Source of the DNA: Heptranchias perlo | Taxonomy: Eukaryota | Reading direction: 5' to 3' | DNA length: 64,000 bases | Assembly (NCBI RefSeq): GCF_035084215.1 | Contig: NC_090356.1 | Coordinates: 26,784,001 to 26,848,000 of the forward strand | Shown here: in pieces, positions 12,415 to 26,524 of the stretch | Numbering within the stretch: the stretch's first letter is position 1 | How the letters are laid out: each line of letters starts with the position of its first letter | Program-made: the position numbers and the translations under genes | Notes under the pieces: model-generated | Told to the model about the DNA's origin: nothing | The model's input: only the letters and a program-made list of their open reading frames with translations | The model's database searches: none

Positions 12415-15400
12415 CTGGCTTGTCACCTTCCTCCTGTTCACTGCCAGTGTTTGTCCCTCTCGTTCTGTTCACTGCCAGTGTTTGTCACCTTCCTCCTGTT
12501 CACTGCCAGTGTTTGTCCCTCTCTTCCTGTTCACTGCCAGTGTTTGTCCCTCTCTTCCTGTTCACTGCCAGTGTTTGCAGCTCTCCTCCTGTTCACTGTC
12601 AGTGTTTGTCCCTCTCCTCCTGTTCACTGCCAGTGTTTGTCCCTCTCTTCCTGTTCACTGCCAGTGTTTGTCCCTCTCCTCCTCTTCACTGCCAGTGTTG
12701 TCCCTCTCCTCCTGTTCACTGCCAGTGTTTGTCCCTCTCCTCCTGTTCACTGCCAGTGCTTGCACCTCTACTCCTGTTCACTGCCAGTGTTTGTCCCTCT
12801 CCTCCTCTTCACTGCCAGTGTTGTCCCTCTCCTCCTGTTCACTGCCAGTGTTTGTCCCTCTCCTCCTGTTCACTGCCAGTGTTTGTCCCTCTCCTCCTGT
12901 TCACTGCCAGTGTTGTTACCTTTCCTCCTGTTCACTGCCAGTGTTTGTCCCTCTCCTCCTCTTCACTGCCAGTGTTTGTACCTCTCCCCCTGTTCACTGC
13001 CAGTGTTGTTACCTTTCCTCATGTTCACTGCCAGTATTTGTCCCCCTCCTCCTGTTCACTGCCAGTGTTTGTCCCTCTCCTCCTGTTCACTGCCAGTGTT
13101 TGTCCCTCTCCTCCTGTTCACTGCCAGTGTTTGTCCCTCTCCTCCTGTTCACTACTAGTGTTTGTCCCTCTCCTCCTGTTCACTGCCAGTGTTTGTCCCT
13201 CTCCTCCTATTCACTGCCAGTGTTTGTCCCTCTCCTGCTCTTCACTGCCAGTGTTTGTCCCTCTCCTCCTCTTCACTGCCAGTGTTTTTCCTTCTCCTCC
13301 TGTTCACTGCCAGTGTTTGTCCCTCTAGTCCTCTTCACTGACAGTGTTTGTCCCTCTCCTCCTGTTCACTGCCAGTGTTTGTCCCTCTCCTCCTCTTCAC
13401 TGCCAGTGTTTGTCCCTCTCCTCCTCTTCACTGCCAGTGTTTGTCCCTCTCCTCCTTTTTACTGCCAGTGTTTATCCCTCTCCTCCTCTTCACTGCCAGT
13501 GTTTGTCCCTCTCCTCCTCTTCACTGCCAGTGTTTGTCCCTCTCCTCCTGTTTACTGCCAGTGTTTGTCCCTCTCCTTCTGTTCACTGCCAGTGTTTGTC
13601 CCTCTCCTCCTGTTCACTGCCAGTGTTTGTCCCTCTCCTCCTGTTCACTGCCAGTGTTTGTCCCTCTCCTCCTGTTCACTGCCAGTGTTTGTCCCTCTCG
13701 TTCTGTTCACTGCCAGTGTTTGTCACCTTCCTCCTGTTCACTGCCAGTGTTTGTCCCTCTCCTCCTGTTCACTGCTAGTGTTTGTCACCTTCCTCCTCTT
13801 CACTGCCAGTGTTTGTCCCTCTCCTCCTCTTCACTGCCAGTGTTTGTCCCTCTAGTCCTCTTCACTGCCAGTGTTTGTCCCTCTCCTGCTCTTCACTGCC
13901 AGTGTTTGTCCCTCTCCTCCTCTTCACTGCCAGTGTTTTTCCTTCTCCTCCTGTTTACTGCCAGTGTTTGTCCCTCTCCTTCTGTTCACCGCCAGTGTTT
14001 GTCCCTCTCCTCCTGTTCACTGCCAGTGTTTGTCCCTCTCCTCCTGTTTACTGCCAGTGTTTGTCCCTCTCCTCCTCTTCACTGCCAGTGTTTGTCCCTC
14101 TCCTCCTGTTCACTGCCAGTGTGTGTCCCTCTCCTCCTCTTCACTGCCAGTGTGTGTCCCTCTCCTCCTGTTCACTGCCAGTGTTTGTACCTCCCCCCCT
14201 CTTCACTGCCAGTGTTTGTCCCTCTCCTCCTCTTCACTGCCAGTGTTTGTCCCTCTCCTCCTGTTCACTGCCAGTGTTTGTCCCTCTCCTCCTCTTCACT
14301 GCCAGTGTTTGTACCTCTCCCCCTCTTCACTGCTAGTGCTTGTCACCTTCCTCCTGTTCACTGCCAGTGTTTGTCCCTCTCCTCCTGTTCACTGCCAGTG
14401 TTTGTCCCTCTCCTCCTGTTCACTGCCAGTGTTTGTCCCTCTCCTCCTGTTCACTGCCAGTGTTTGTCCCTCTCCTCCTCTTCACTGCCAGTGTTTGTCC
14501 CTCTCCTCCTGTTTACTGCCAGTGTTTGTCCCTCTCCTTCTGTTCACCGCCAGTGTTTGTCCCTCTCCTCCTGTTCACTGCCAGTGTTTGTCCCTCTCCT
14601 CCTGTTCACTGCCAGTGTTTGTCCCTCTCCTCCTGTTCACTGCCAGTGTTTGTCCCTCTCGTTCTGTTCACTGCCAGTGTTTGTCACCTTCCTCCTGTTC
14701 ACTGCCAGTGTTTGTCCCTCTCCTCCTGTTCACTGCTAGTGTTTGTCACCTTCCTCCTCTTCACTGCCAGTGTTTGTCCCTCTCCTCCTCTTCACTGCCA
14801 GTGTTTGTCCCTCTCCTCCTGTTCACTGCCAGTGTTTGTCCCTCTCCTCCTCTTCACTGCCAGTGTGTGTCCCTCTCCTCCTGTTCACTGCCAGTGTTTG
14901 TCCCTCTCCTCCTGTTTACTGCCAGTGTTTGTCCCTCTCCTTCTGTTCACCGCCAGTGTTTGTCCCTCTCCTCCTGTTCACTGCCAGTGTTTGTCCCTCT
15001 CCTCCTGTTTACTGCCAGTGTTTGTCCCTCTCCTCCTCTTCACTGCCAGTGTTTGTCCCTCTCCTCCTGTTCACTGCCAGTGTGTGTCCCTCTCCTCCTC
15101 TTCACTGCCAGTGTGTGTCCCTCTCCTCCTGTTCACTGCCAGTGTTTGTACCTCCCCCCCTCTTCACTGCCAGTGTTTGTCCCTCTCCTCCTCTTCACTG
15201 CCAGTGTTTGTCCCTCTCCTCCTGTTCACTGCCAGTGTTTGTCCCTCTCCTCCTCTTCACTGCCAGTGTTTGTACCTCTCCCCCTCTTCACTGCCAGTGT
15301 TTGTCCCTCTCCTCCTGTTCACTGCCAGTGTGTGTCCCTCTCCTCCTGTTTACTGCCAGTGTTTGTCCCTCTCCTTCTGTTCACCGCCAGTGTTTGTCCC

Positions 15401-18400
15401 TCTCCTCCTCTTCACTGCTAGTGTTTGTCACCTTCCTCCTGTTCACTGCCAGTGTTTGTCCCTCTCCTCCTGTTCACGGCCAGTGTTTGTCCCTCTCCTC
15501 CTGTTCACTGCCAGTGTTTGTCCCTCTCCTCCTGTTCACTGCCAGTGTTTGTCCCTCTCCTCCTGTTCACTGCCAGTGTTTGTCCCTATCTTCCTGTTCA
15601 CTGCCAGTGTTTGTCCCTCTCCTCCTCTTCACTGCCAGTGTTTGTCCCTCTCCTCCTCTTCACTGCCAGTGTTTGTCCGTCTCCTCCTCTTCACTGCCAG
15701 TGTTTGTCCCTCTCCTCCTGTTCACTGCCAGTGTTTGTCCCTCTCCTCCTGTTCACTGCCAGTGTTTGTCCCTATCTTCCTGTTCACTGCCAGTGTTTGT
15801 CCCTCTCCTCCTCTTCACTGCCAGTGTTTGTCCCTCTCCTCCTGTTCACTGCCAGTGTTTGTCCCTCTTCTCCTGTTCACTGCCAGTGTTTGTCCCTCTC
15901 CTCCTGTTCACTGCCAGTGTTTGTCCCTCTCTTCCTGTTCACTGCCAGTGTTTGTCCCTCTCCTCCTGTTCACTTCCAGTGCTTGCACCTCTCCTCCTGT
16001 TCACTGCCAGTGTTTGTCCCTCTCCTCCTGTTCACTGCCAGTGTTTGTCCCTCTCCTCCTGTTCACTGCCAGTGTTTGTCCCTCTCCTCCTCTTCACTGC
16101 CAGTGTTGTTACCTTTCCTCCTGTTCACTGCCAGTATTTGTCCCCCTCCTCCTGTTCACTGCCAGTGTTTGTCCCTCTCCTCCTGTTCACTGCCAGTGTC
16201 CGTCCCTCTCCTCCTGTTCACTGCCAGTGTTTTTCCCTCTCCTCCTCTTCACTGCCAGTGTTTGTCCCTCTCCTCCTCTTCACTGCCAGTGTTTGTCCCT
16301 CTCCTCCTGTTCACTGCCATTGTTTGTCCCTCTCCTCCTCTTCACTGCCAGTGTCTGTCCCTCTCCTCCTTTTTACTGCCAGTGTTTGTCCCTCTCCTCC
16401 TGTTCACTGCAAGTGTTTGTCCCTCTCCTCCTCTTCACTGCCAGTGTTTGTCCCTCTCCTCCTGTTTACTGCCAGTGTTTGTCCCTCTCCTTCTGTTCAC
16501 CGCCAGTGTTTGTCCCTCTCCTCCTGTTCACTGCCAGTGTTTGTCCCTCTCCTCCTGTTCACTGCCAGTGCTTGCGCCTCTCCTCCTGTTCACTGCCAGT
16601 GTTTGTCCCTCTCCTCCTGTTCACTGCCAGTGCTTGCGCCTCTCCTCCTGTTCACTGCCAGTGTTTGTCACTCTCCTCCTGTTCACTGCCAGTGTTTGTC
16701 CCTCTCCTCCTCTTCACTGCCAGTGTTTGTCCCTCTCCTCCTGTTTACTGCCAGTGTTTGTCCCTCTCCTTCTGTTCACCGCCAGTGTTTGTCCCTCTCC
16801 TCCTGTTCACTGCCAGTGTTTGTCCCTCTCCTCCTGTTCACTGCCAGTTTTTGTCCCTCTCCTCCTGTTCACTGCCAGTGTTTGTCCCTCTCGTTCTGTT
16901 CACTGCCAGTGTTTGTCACCTTCCTCCTGTTCACTGCCAGTGTTTGTCCCTCTCCTCCTGTTCACTGCTAGTGTTTGTCACCTTCCTCCTCTTCACTGCC
17001 AGTGTTTGTCCCTCTCCTCCTCTTCACTGCCAGTGTTTGTCCCTCTCCTCCTGTTCACTGCCAGTGTTTGTCCCTCTCCTCCTCTTCACTGCCAGTGTGT
17101 GTCCCTCTCCTCCTGTTCACTGCCAGTGTTTGTCCCTCTCCTCCTGTTTACTGCCAGTGTTTGTCCCTCTCCTTCTGTTCACCGCCAGTGTTTGTCCCTC
17201 TCCTCCTGTTCACTGCCAGTGTTTGTCCCTCTCCTCCTGTTTACTGCCAGTGTTTGTCCCTCTCCTCCTCTTCACTGCCAGTGTTTGTCCCTCTCCTCCT
17301 GTTCACTGCCAGTGTGTGTCCCTCTCCTCCTCTTCACTGCCAGTGTGTGTCCCTCTCCTCCTGTTCACTGCCAGTGTTTGTACCTCCCCCCCTCTTCACT
17401 GCCAGTGTTTGTCCCTCTCCTCCTCTTCACTGCCAGTGTTTGTCCCTCTCCTCCTGTTCACTGCCAGTGTTTGTCCCTCTCCTCCTCTTCACTGCCAGTG
17501 TTTGTACCTCTCCCCCTCTTCACTGCCAGTGTTTGTCCCTCTCCTCCTGTTCACTGCCAGTGTGTGTCCCTCTCCTCCTGTTTACTGCCAGTGTTTGTCC
17601 CTCTCCTTCTGTTCACCGCCAGTGTTTGTCCCTCTCCTCCTCTTCACTGCTAGTGTTTGTCACCTTCCTCCTGTTCACTGCCAGTGTTTGTCCCTCTCCT
17701 CCTGTTCACTGCCAGTGTTTGTCCCTCTCCTCCTGTTCACTGCCAGTGTTTGTCCCTCTCCTCCTGTTCACTGCCAGTGTTTGTCCCTCTCCTCCTGTTC
17801 ACTGCCAGTGTTTGTCCCTATCTTCCTGTTCACTGCCAGTGTTTGTCCCTCTCCTCCTCTTCACTGCCAGTGTTTGTCCCTCTCCTCCTCTTCACTGCCA
17901 GTGTTTGTCCCTCTCCTCCTCTTCACTGCCAGTGTTTGTCCCTCTCCTCCTGTTCACTGCCAGTGTTTGTCCCTCTCCTCCTGTTCACTGCCAGTGTTTG
18001 TCCCTATCTTCCTGTTCACTGCCAGTGTTTGTCCCTCTCCTCCTCTTCACTGCCAGTGTTTGTCCCTCTCCTCCTGTTCACTGCCAGTGTTTGTCCCTCT
18101 TCTCCTGTTCACTGCCAGTGTTTGTCCCTCTCCTCCTGTTCACTGCCAGTGTTTGTCCCTCTCTTCCTGTTCACTGCCAGTGTTTGTCCCTATCTTCCTG
18201 TTCACTGCCAGTGTTTGTCCCTCTCCTCCTCTTCACTGCCAGTGTTTGTCCCTCTCCTCCTCTTCACTGCCAGTGTTTGTCCCTCTCCTCCTCTTCACTG
18301 CCAGTATTTGTCCCCCTCCTCCTGTTCACTGCCAGTGTTTGTCCCTCTCCTCCTGTTCACTGCCAGTGTCTGTCCCTCTCCTCCTCTTCACTGCCAGTGT

Positions 18401-21400
18401 TTTCCCTCTCCTCCTGTTCACTGCCAGTGTTTGTCCCTCTCCTCCTGTTCACTGCCAGTGTTTGTCCCTCTCCTCCTCTTCACTGCCAGTGTTTGTCCCT
18501 CTCCTCCTCTTCACTGCCAGTGTTTGTCCCTCTCCTCCTGTTCACTGCCAGTGTTTGTCCCTCTCCTCCTCTTCACTGCCAGTGTTTGTCCCTCTCCTCC
18601 TGTTTACTGCCAGTGTTTGTCCCTCTCCTTCTGTTCACCGCCAGTGTTTGTCCCTCTCCTCCTGTTCACTGCCAGTGTTTGTCCCTCTCCTCCTGTTCAC
18701 TGCCAGTGTTTGTCCCTCTCCTCCTGTTCACTGCCAGTGTTTGTCCCTTTCCTCCTGTTCACTGCCAGTGTTTGTCCCTCTCCTCCTGTTCACTGCCAGT
18801 GTTTGTCACCTTCCTCCTGTTCACTGCCAGTGTTTGTCCCTATCCTCCTGTTCACTGCTAGTGTTTGTCACCTTCCTCCTGTTCACTGCCAGTGTTTGTC
18901 CCTCTCCTCCTGTTCACTGCCAGTGTTTGTCCCTCTCCTCCTGTTCACTGCCAGTCTTGTTACCTTTCCTCCTGTTCACTGCCAGTGTTTGTCCCTCTCC
19001 TCCTGTTCACTGCCAGTGTTTGTACCTCTCCCCCTCTTCACTGCCAGTGTTTGTCCCTCTCCTCCTCTTCACTGCCAGTGTTTGTCCCTCTCCTCCTCTT
19101 CACTGCCAGTGTGTGTCCCTCTCCTCCTGTTCACTGCCAGTGTTTGTCCCTCTCCTTCTGTTTACTGCCAGTGTTTGTCCCTCTCCTTCTGTTCACCGCC
19201 AGTGTTGTTACCTTTCCTCCTGTTCACTGCCAGTATTTGTCCCCCTCCTCCTGTTCACTGCCAGTGTTTGTCCCTCTCCTCCTGTTCACTGCCAGTGTTT
19301 GTCCCTCTCCTCCTGTTCACTGCCAGTGTTTGTCCCTCTCCTCCTGTTCACTGCTAGTGTTTGTCCCTCTCCTCCTGTTCACTGCCAGTGTTTGTCCCTC
19401 TCCTCCTCTTCACTGCCAGTGTTTGTCCCTCTCCTGCTCTTCACTGCCAGTGTTTGTCCCTCTCCTCCTCTTCACTGCCAGTGTTTGTCCCTCTCCACCT
19501 GTTCACTGCCAGTGTTTGTCCCTCTCCTCCTGTTCACTGCCAGTGTTTGTCCCTCTCCTCCTGTTCACTGCCAGTGTTTGTCCCTCTCGTTCTGTTCACT
19601 GCCAGTGTTTGTCACCTTCCTCCTGTTCACTGCCAGTGTTTGTCCCTCTCCTCCTGTTCACTGCTAGTGTTTGTCACCTTCCTCCTCTTCACTGCCAGTG
19701 TTTGTACCTCTCCCCCTCTTCACTGCCAGTGTTTGTCCCTCTCCTTCTGTTCACCGCCAGTGTTTGTCCCTCTCCTCCTGTTCACTGCCAGTGTTTGTCC
19801 CTCTCCTCCTGTTCACTGCCAGTGTTTGTCCCTCTCCTCCTGTTCACTGCCAGTGTTTGTCCCTTTCCTCCTGTTCACTGCCAGTGTTTGTCCCTCTCCT
19901 CCTGTTCACTGCCAGTGTTTGTCACCTTCCTCCTGTTCACTGCCAGTGTTTGTCCCTATCCTCCTGTTCACTGCTAGTGTTTGTCACCTTCCTCCTGTTC
20001 ACTGCCAGTGTTTGTCCCTCTCCTCCTGTTCACTGCCAGTGTTTGTCCCTCTCCTCCTGTTCACTGCCAGTCTTGTTACCTTTCCTCCTGTTCACTGCCA
20101 GTGTTTGTCCCTCTCCTCCTGTTCACTGCCAGTGTTTGTACCTCTCCCCCTCTTCACTGCCAGTGTTTGTCCCTCTCCTCCTCTTCACTGCCAGTGTTTG
20201 TCCCTCTCCTCCTCTTCACTGCCAGTGTGTGTCCCTCTCCTCCTGTTCACTGCCAGTGTTTGTCCCTCTCCTTCTGTTTACTGCCAGTGTTTGTCCCTCT
20301 CCTTCTGTTTACTGCCAGTGTTTGTCCCTCTCCTTCTGTTCACCGCCAGTGTTTGTCCCTCTCCTCCTGTTCACTGCCAGTGTTTGTCCCTCTCCTCCTG
20401 TTCACTGCCAGTGTTTGTCCCTCTCCTCCTGTTCACTGCCAGTGTTTGTCCCTTTCCTCCTGTTCACTGCCAGTGTTTGTCCCTCTCCTCCTGTTCACTG
20501 CCAGTGTTTGTCACCTTCCTCCTGTTCACTGCCAGTGTTTGTCCCTATCCTCCTGTTCACTGCTAGTGTTTGTCACCTTCCTCCTGTTCACTGCCAGTGT
20601 TTGTCCCTCTCCTCCTGTTCACTGCCAGTGTTTGTCCCTCTCCTCCTGTTCACTGCCAGTCTTGTTACCTTTCCTCCTGTTCACTGCCAGTGTTTGTCCC
20701 TCTCCTCCTGTTCACTGCCAGTGTTTGTACCTCTCCCCCTCTTCACTGCCAGTGTTTGTCCCTCTCCTCCTCTTCACTGCCAGTGTTTGTCCCTCTCCTC
20801 CTCTTCACTGCCAGTGTGTGTCCCTCTCCTCCTGTTCACTGCCAGTGTTTGTCCCTCTCCTTCTGTTTACTGCCAGTGTTTGTCCCTCTCCTTCTGTTCA
20901 CCGCCAGTGTTGTTACCTTTCCTCCTGTTCACTGCCAGTATTTGTCCCCCTCCTCCTGTTCACTGCCAGTGTTTGTCCCTCTCCTCCTGTTCACTGCCAG
21001 TGTTTGTCCCTCTCCTCCTGTTCACTGCCAGTGTTTGTCCCTCTCCTCCTGTTCACTGCTAGTGTTTGTCCCTCTCCTCCTGTTCACTGCCAGTGTTTGT
21101 CCCTCTCCTCCTCTTCACTGCCAGTGTTTGTCCCTCTCCTGCTCTTCACTGCCAGTGTTTGTCCCTCTCCTCCTCTTCACTGCCAGTGTTTGTCCCTCTC
21201 CTCCTGTTCACTGCCAGTGTTTGTCCCTCTCCTCCTGTTCACTGCCAGTGTTTGTCCCTCTCCTCCTGTTCACTGCCATTGTTTGTCCCTCTCGTTCTGT
21301 TCACTGCCAGTGTTTGTCACCTTCCTCCTGTTCACTGCCAGTGTTTGTCCCTCTCCTCCTGTTCACTGCTAGTGTTTGTCACCTTCCTCCTCTTCACTGC

Positions 21401-24400
21401 CAGTGTTTGTACCTCTCCCCCTCTTCACTGCCAGTGTTTGTCCCTCTCCTCCTCTTCACTGCCAGTGTTTGTCCCTCTCCTCCTGTTCACTGCCAGTGTT
21501 TGTCCCTCTCCTCCTCTTCACTGCCAGTGTGTGTCCCTCTCCTCCTGTTCACTGCCAGTGTTTGTCCCTCTCCTCCTGTTTACTGCCAGTGTTTGTCCCT
21601 CTCCTTCTGTTCACCGCCAGTGTTTGTCCCTCTCCTCCTGTTCACTGCCAGTGTTTGTCCCTCTCCTCCTGTTTACTGCCAGTGTTTGTCCCTCTCCTCC
21701 TCTTCACTGCCAGTGTTTGTCCCTCTCCTCCTGTTCACTGCCAGTGTTTGTCCCTCTCCTCCTCTTCACTGCCAGTGTGTGTCCCTCTCCTCCTGTTCAC
21801 TGCCAGTGTTTGTACCTCCCCCCCTCTTCACTGCCAGTGTTTGTCCCTCTCCTCCTCTTCACTGCCAGTGTTTGTCCCTCTCCTCCTGTTCACTGCCAGT
21901 GTTTGTCCCTCTCCTCCTCTTCACTGCCAGTGTTTGTACCTCTCCCCCTCTTCACTGCCAGTGTTTGTCCCTCTCCTCCTGTTCACTGCCAGTGTGTGTC
22001 CCTCTCCTCCTGTTTACTGCCAGTGTTTGTCCCTCTCCTTCTGTTCACCGCCAGTGTTTGTCCCTCTCCTCCTCTTCACTGCTAGTGTTTGTCACCTTCC
22101 TCCTGTTCACTGCCAGTGTTTGTCCCTCTCCTCCTGTTCACTGCCAGTGTTTGTCCCTCTCCTCCTGTTCACTGCCAGTGTTTGTCCCTCTCCTCCTGTT
22201 CACTGCCAGTGTTTGTCCCTCTCCTCCTGTTCACTGCCAGTGTTTGTCCCTATCTTCCTGTTCACTGCCAGTGTTTGTCCCTCTCCTCCTGTTCACTGCC
22301 AGTGTTTGTCCCTCTCCTCCTCTTCACTGGCAGTGTTTGTCCCTCTCCTCCTGTTCACTGCCAGTGTTTGTCCCTCTCCTCCTGTTCACTGCCAGTGTTT
22401 GCCCCTCTCCTCCTGTTCACTGCCAGTGTTTGTCCCTATCTTCCTGTTCACTGCCAGTGTTTGTCCCTCTCCTCCTGTTCACTGCCAGTGTTTGTCCCTC
22501 TCCTCCTGTTCACTGCCAGTGTTTGTCCCTCTCCTCCTGTTCACTGCCAGTGTTTGTCCCTCTCCTCCTGTTCACTGCCAGTGTTTGTCCCTCTCTTCCT
22601 GTTCACTGCCAGTGTTTGTCCCTCTCCTCCTGTTCACTTGCAGTGCTTGCACCTCTCCTCCTGTTCACTGCCAGTGTTTGTCCCTCTCCTCCTGTTCACT
22701 GCCAGTGTTTGTCCCTCTCCTGCTGTTCACTGCCAGTGTTTGTCCCTCTCCTCCTCTTCACTGCCAGTGTTGTTACCTTTCCTCCTGTTCACTGCCAGTA
22801 TTTGTCCCCCTCCTCCTGTTCACTGCCAGTGTTTGTCCCTCTCCTCCTGTTCACTGCCAGTGTCTGTCCCTCTCCTCCTGTTCACTGCCAGTGTTTTTCC
22901 CTCTCCTCCTGTTCACTGCCAGTGTTTGTCCCTCTCCTCCTCTTCACTGCCAGTGTTTGTCCCTCTCCTCCTCTTCACTGCCAGTGTTTGTCCCTCTCCT
23001 CCTCTTCACTGCCAGTGTTTGTCCCTCTCCTCCTTTTTACTGCCAGTGTTTGTCCCTCTCCTCCTGTTCACTGCCAGTGTTTGTCCCTCTCCTCCTCTTC
23101 ACTGCCAGTGTTTGTCCCTCTCCTCCTGTTCACTGCCAGTGTTTGTCCCTCTCCTCCTCTTCACTGCCAGTGTTTGTCCCTCTCCTGCTCTTCACTGCCA
23201 GTGTTTGTCCCTCTCCTCCTCTTCACTGCCAGTGTTTTTCATTCTCCTCCTGTTCACTGCCAGTGTTTGTCCCTCTCGTCCTCTTCACTGCCAGTGTTTG
23301 TCCCTCTCCTCCTGTTCACTGCCAGTGTTTGTCCCTCTCCTCCTGTTCACTGCCAGTGTTTGTCCCTCTCGTTCTGTTCACTGCCAGTGTTTGTCACCTT
23401 CCTCCTGTTCACTGCCAGTGTTTGTCCCTCTCCTCCTGTTCACTGCTAGTGTTTGTCACCTTCCTCCTCTTCACTGCCAGTGTTTGTACCTCTCCCCCTC
23501 TTCACTGCCAGTGTTTGTCCCTCTCCTCCTCTTCACTGCCAGTGTTTGTCCCTCTCCTCCTGTTCACTGCCAGTGTTTGTCCCTCTCCTCCTCTTCACTG
23601 CCAGTGTGTGTCCCTCTCCTCCTGTTCACTGCCAGTGTTTGTCCCTCTCCTCCTCTTCACTGCCAGTGTTTGTCCCTCTCCTCCTGTTTACTGCCAGTGT
23701 TTGTCCCTCTCCTTCTGTTCACCGCCAGTGTTTGTCCCTCTCCTCCTGTTCACTGCCAGTGTTTGTCCCTCTCCTCCTGTTCACTGCCAGTGTTTGTCCC
23801 TCTCCTCCTGTTCACTGCCAGTGTTTGTCCCTTTCCTCCTGTTCACTGCCAGTGTTTGTCCCTCTCCTCCTGTTCACTGCCAGTGTTTGTCACCTTCCTC
23901 CTGTTCACTGCCAGTGTTTGTCCCTATCCTCCTCTTCACTGCCAGTGTTTGTCCCTCTCCTCCTCTTCACTGCCAGTGTGTGTCCCTCTCCTCCTGTTCA
24001 CTGCCAGTGTTTGTCCCTCTCCTCCTGTTTACTGCCAGTGTTTGTCCCTCTCCTTCTGTTCACCGCCAGTGTTTGTCCCTCTCCTCCTGTTCACTGCCAG
24101 TGTTTGTCCCTCTCCTCCTGTTTACTGCCAGTGTTTGTCCCTCTCCTCCTCTTCACTGCCAGTGTTTGTCCCTCTCCTCCTGTTCACTGCCAGTGTTTGT
24201 CCCTCTCCTCCTCTTCACTGCCAGTGTGTGTCCCTCTCCTCCTGTTCACTGCCAGTGTTTGTACCTCCCCCCCTCTTCACTGCCAGTGTTTGTCCCTCTC
24301 CTCCTCTTCACTGCCAGTGTTTGTCCCTCTCCTCCTGTTCACTGCCAGTGTTTGTCCCTCTCCTCCTCTTCACTGCCAGTGTTTGTACCTCTCCCCCTCT

Positions 24401-26285
24401 TCACTGCCAGTGTTTGTCCCTCTCCTCCTGTTCACTGCCAGTGTGTGTCCCTCTCCTCCTGTTTACTGCCAGTGTTTGTCCCTCTCCTTCTGTTCACCGC
24501 CAGTGTTTGTCCCTCTCCTCCTCTTCACTGCCAGTGTGTGTCCCTCTCCTCCTGTTCACTGCCAGTGTTTGTCCCTTTCCTCCTGTTCACTGCCAGTGTT
24601 TGTCCCTCTCCTCCTGTTCACTGCCAGTGTTTGTCACCTTCCTCCTGTTCACTGCCAGTGTTTGTCCCTATCCTCCTGTTCACTGCTAGTGTTTGTCACC
24701 TTCCTCCTGTTCACTGCCAGTGTTTGTCCCTCTCCTCCTGTTCACTGCCAGTGTTTGTCCCTCTCCTCCTGTTCACTGCCAGTGTTTGTCCCTCTCCTCC
24801 TGTTCACTGCCAGTGTTGTTACCTTTCCTCCTGTTCACTGCCAGTGTTTGTCCCTCTCCTCCTGTTCACTGCCAGTGTGTGTCCCTCTCCTCCTGTTTAC
24901 TGCCAGTGTTTGTCCCTCTCCTTCTGTTCACCGCCAGTGTTTGACCCTCTCCTCCTGTTCACTGCCAGTGTTTGTCCCTCTCCTCCTGTTCACTGCCAGT
25001 GTTTGTCCCTCTCCTCCTGTTCACTGCCAGTGTTTGTCCCTTTCCTCCTGTTCACTGCCAGTGTTTGTCCCTCTCCTCCTGTTCACTGCCAGTGTTTGTC
25101 ACCTTCCTCCTGTTCACTGCCAGTGTTTGTCCCTATCCCCCTGTTCACTGCTAGTGTTTGTCACCTTCCTCCTGTTCACTGCCAGTGTTTGTCCCTCTCC
25201 TCCTGTTCACTGCCAGTGTTTGTCCCTCTCCTCCTGTTCACTGCCAGTTTTTGTCCCTCTCCTCCTGTTCACTGCCAGTGTTGTTACCTTTCCTCCTGTT
25301 CACTGCCAGTGTTTGTCCCTCTCCTCCTGTTCACTGCCAGTGTTTGTACCTCTCCCCCTCTTCACTGCCAGTGTTTGTCCCTCTCCTCCTCTTCACTGCC
25401 AGTGTTTGTCCCTCTCCTCCTCTTCACTGCCAGTGTGTGTCCCTCTCCTCCTGTTCACTGCCAGTGTTTGTCCCTCTCCTCCTGTTTACTGCCAGTGTTT
25501 GTCCCTCTCCTTCTGTTCACCGCCAGTGTTTGTCCCTCTCCTCCTGTTCACTGCCAGTGTTTGTCCCTCTCCTCCTGTTTACTGCCAGTGTTTGTCCCTC
25601 TCCTCCTCTTCACTGCCAGTGTTTGTCCCTCTCCTCCTGTTCACTGCCAGTGTGTGTCCCTCTCCTCCTGTTCACTGCCAGTGTTTGTACCTCCCCCCCT
25701 CTTCACTGCCAGTGTTTGTCCCTCTCCTCCTCTTCACTGCCAGTGTTTGTCCCTCTCCTCCTGTTCACTGCCAGTGTTTGTCCCTCTCCTCCTCTTCACT
25801 GCCAGTGTTTGTACCTCTCCCCCTCTTCACTGCCAGTGTTTGTCCCTCTCCTCCTGTTCACTGCCAGTGTGTGTCCCTCTCCTCCTGTTTACTGCCAGTG
25901 TTTGTCCCTCTCCTTCTGTTCACCGCCAGTGTTTGTCCCTCTCCTCCTCTTCACTGCCAGTGTGTGTCCCTCTCCTCCTGTTCACTGCCAGTGTTTGTAC
26001 CTCTCCCCCTCTTCACTGCCAGTGTTTGTCCCTCTCCTCCTGTTCACTGCCAGTGTTTGTCCCTCTCCTCCTCTTCACTGCCAGTGTGTGTCCCTCTCCT
26101 CCTGTTTACTGCCAGTGTTTGTCCCTCTCCTCCTCTTCACTGCCAGTGTGTGTCCCTCTCCTCCTGTTTACTGCCAGTGTTTGTCCCTCTCCTCCTGTTC
26201 ACCGCCAGTGTTTGTCCCTCTCCTCCTGTTCACTGCCAGTGTTTGTCCCTCTCCTCCTGTTTACTGCCAGTATTTGTCCCTTTGT
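12415..26285. repeat. Large tandem array of 31-bp unit CACTGCCAGTGTTTGTCCCTCTCCTCCTGTT (~447 copies)
   Basis: Directly visible. Spacings between variant stop codons are multiples of 31. The top strand is pyrimidine-rich. Confidence 0.99.
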
Positions 26286-26524
26286 GACTGGGTATTTCCA
26301 AAACCTATTTTAACAACTATAGTTTTCTCCTTAGTACCAGCTGCCGGTGTTGATTCATTTCCAGTGTATTCCAGCTTTGTTCTGGTGAAGATTTCTACCT
26401 GAAACACTAATAACTTATTTTTCTATTTTGGATGATGCCAAACCAAATTTTTGAATTTTCTCATTTTATTTCTGATTTCCAACAATTGAAGTTTTCCTTT
26501 AAAAAAAAATCTTGATAAAGCATA

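Noticed and set aside
12415-26285. CRISPR-like array (31-bp repeat with a dyad)
   Set aside because: Units are head-to-tail with no unique spacers, there are no cas genes, and the context is vertebrate.
12372-26402. Very long ORFs (up to 1775 aa) of a Cys/Pro/Leu-rich 31-aa repeat
   Set aside because: A 31-bp stop-free unit cycles through all three frames, so every frame gives the same peptide. Stops and 29/30-bp units are scattered. No sign of coding constraint.
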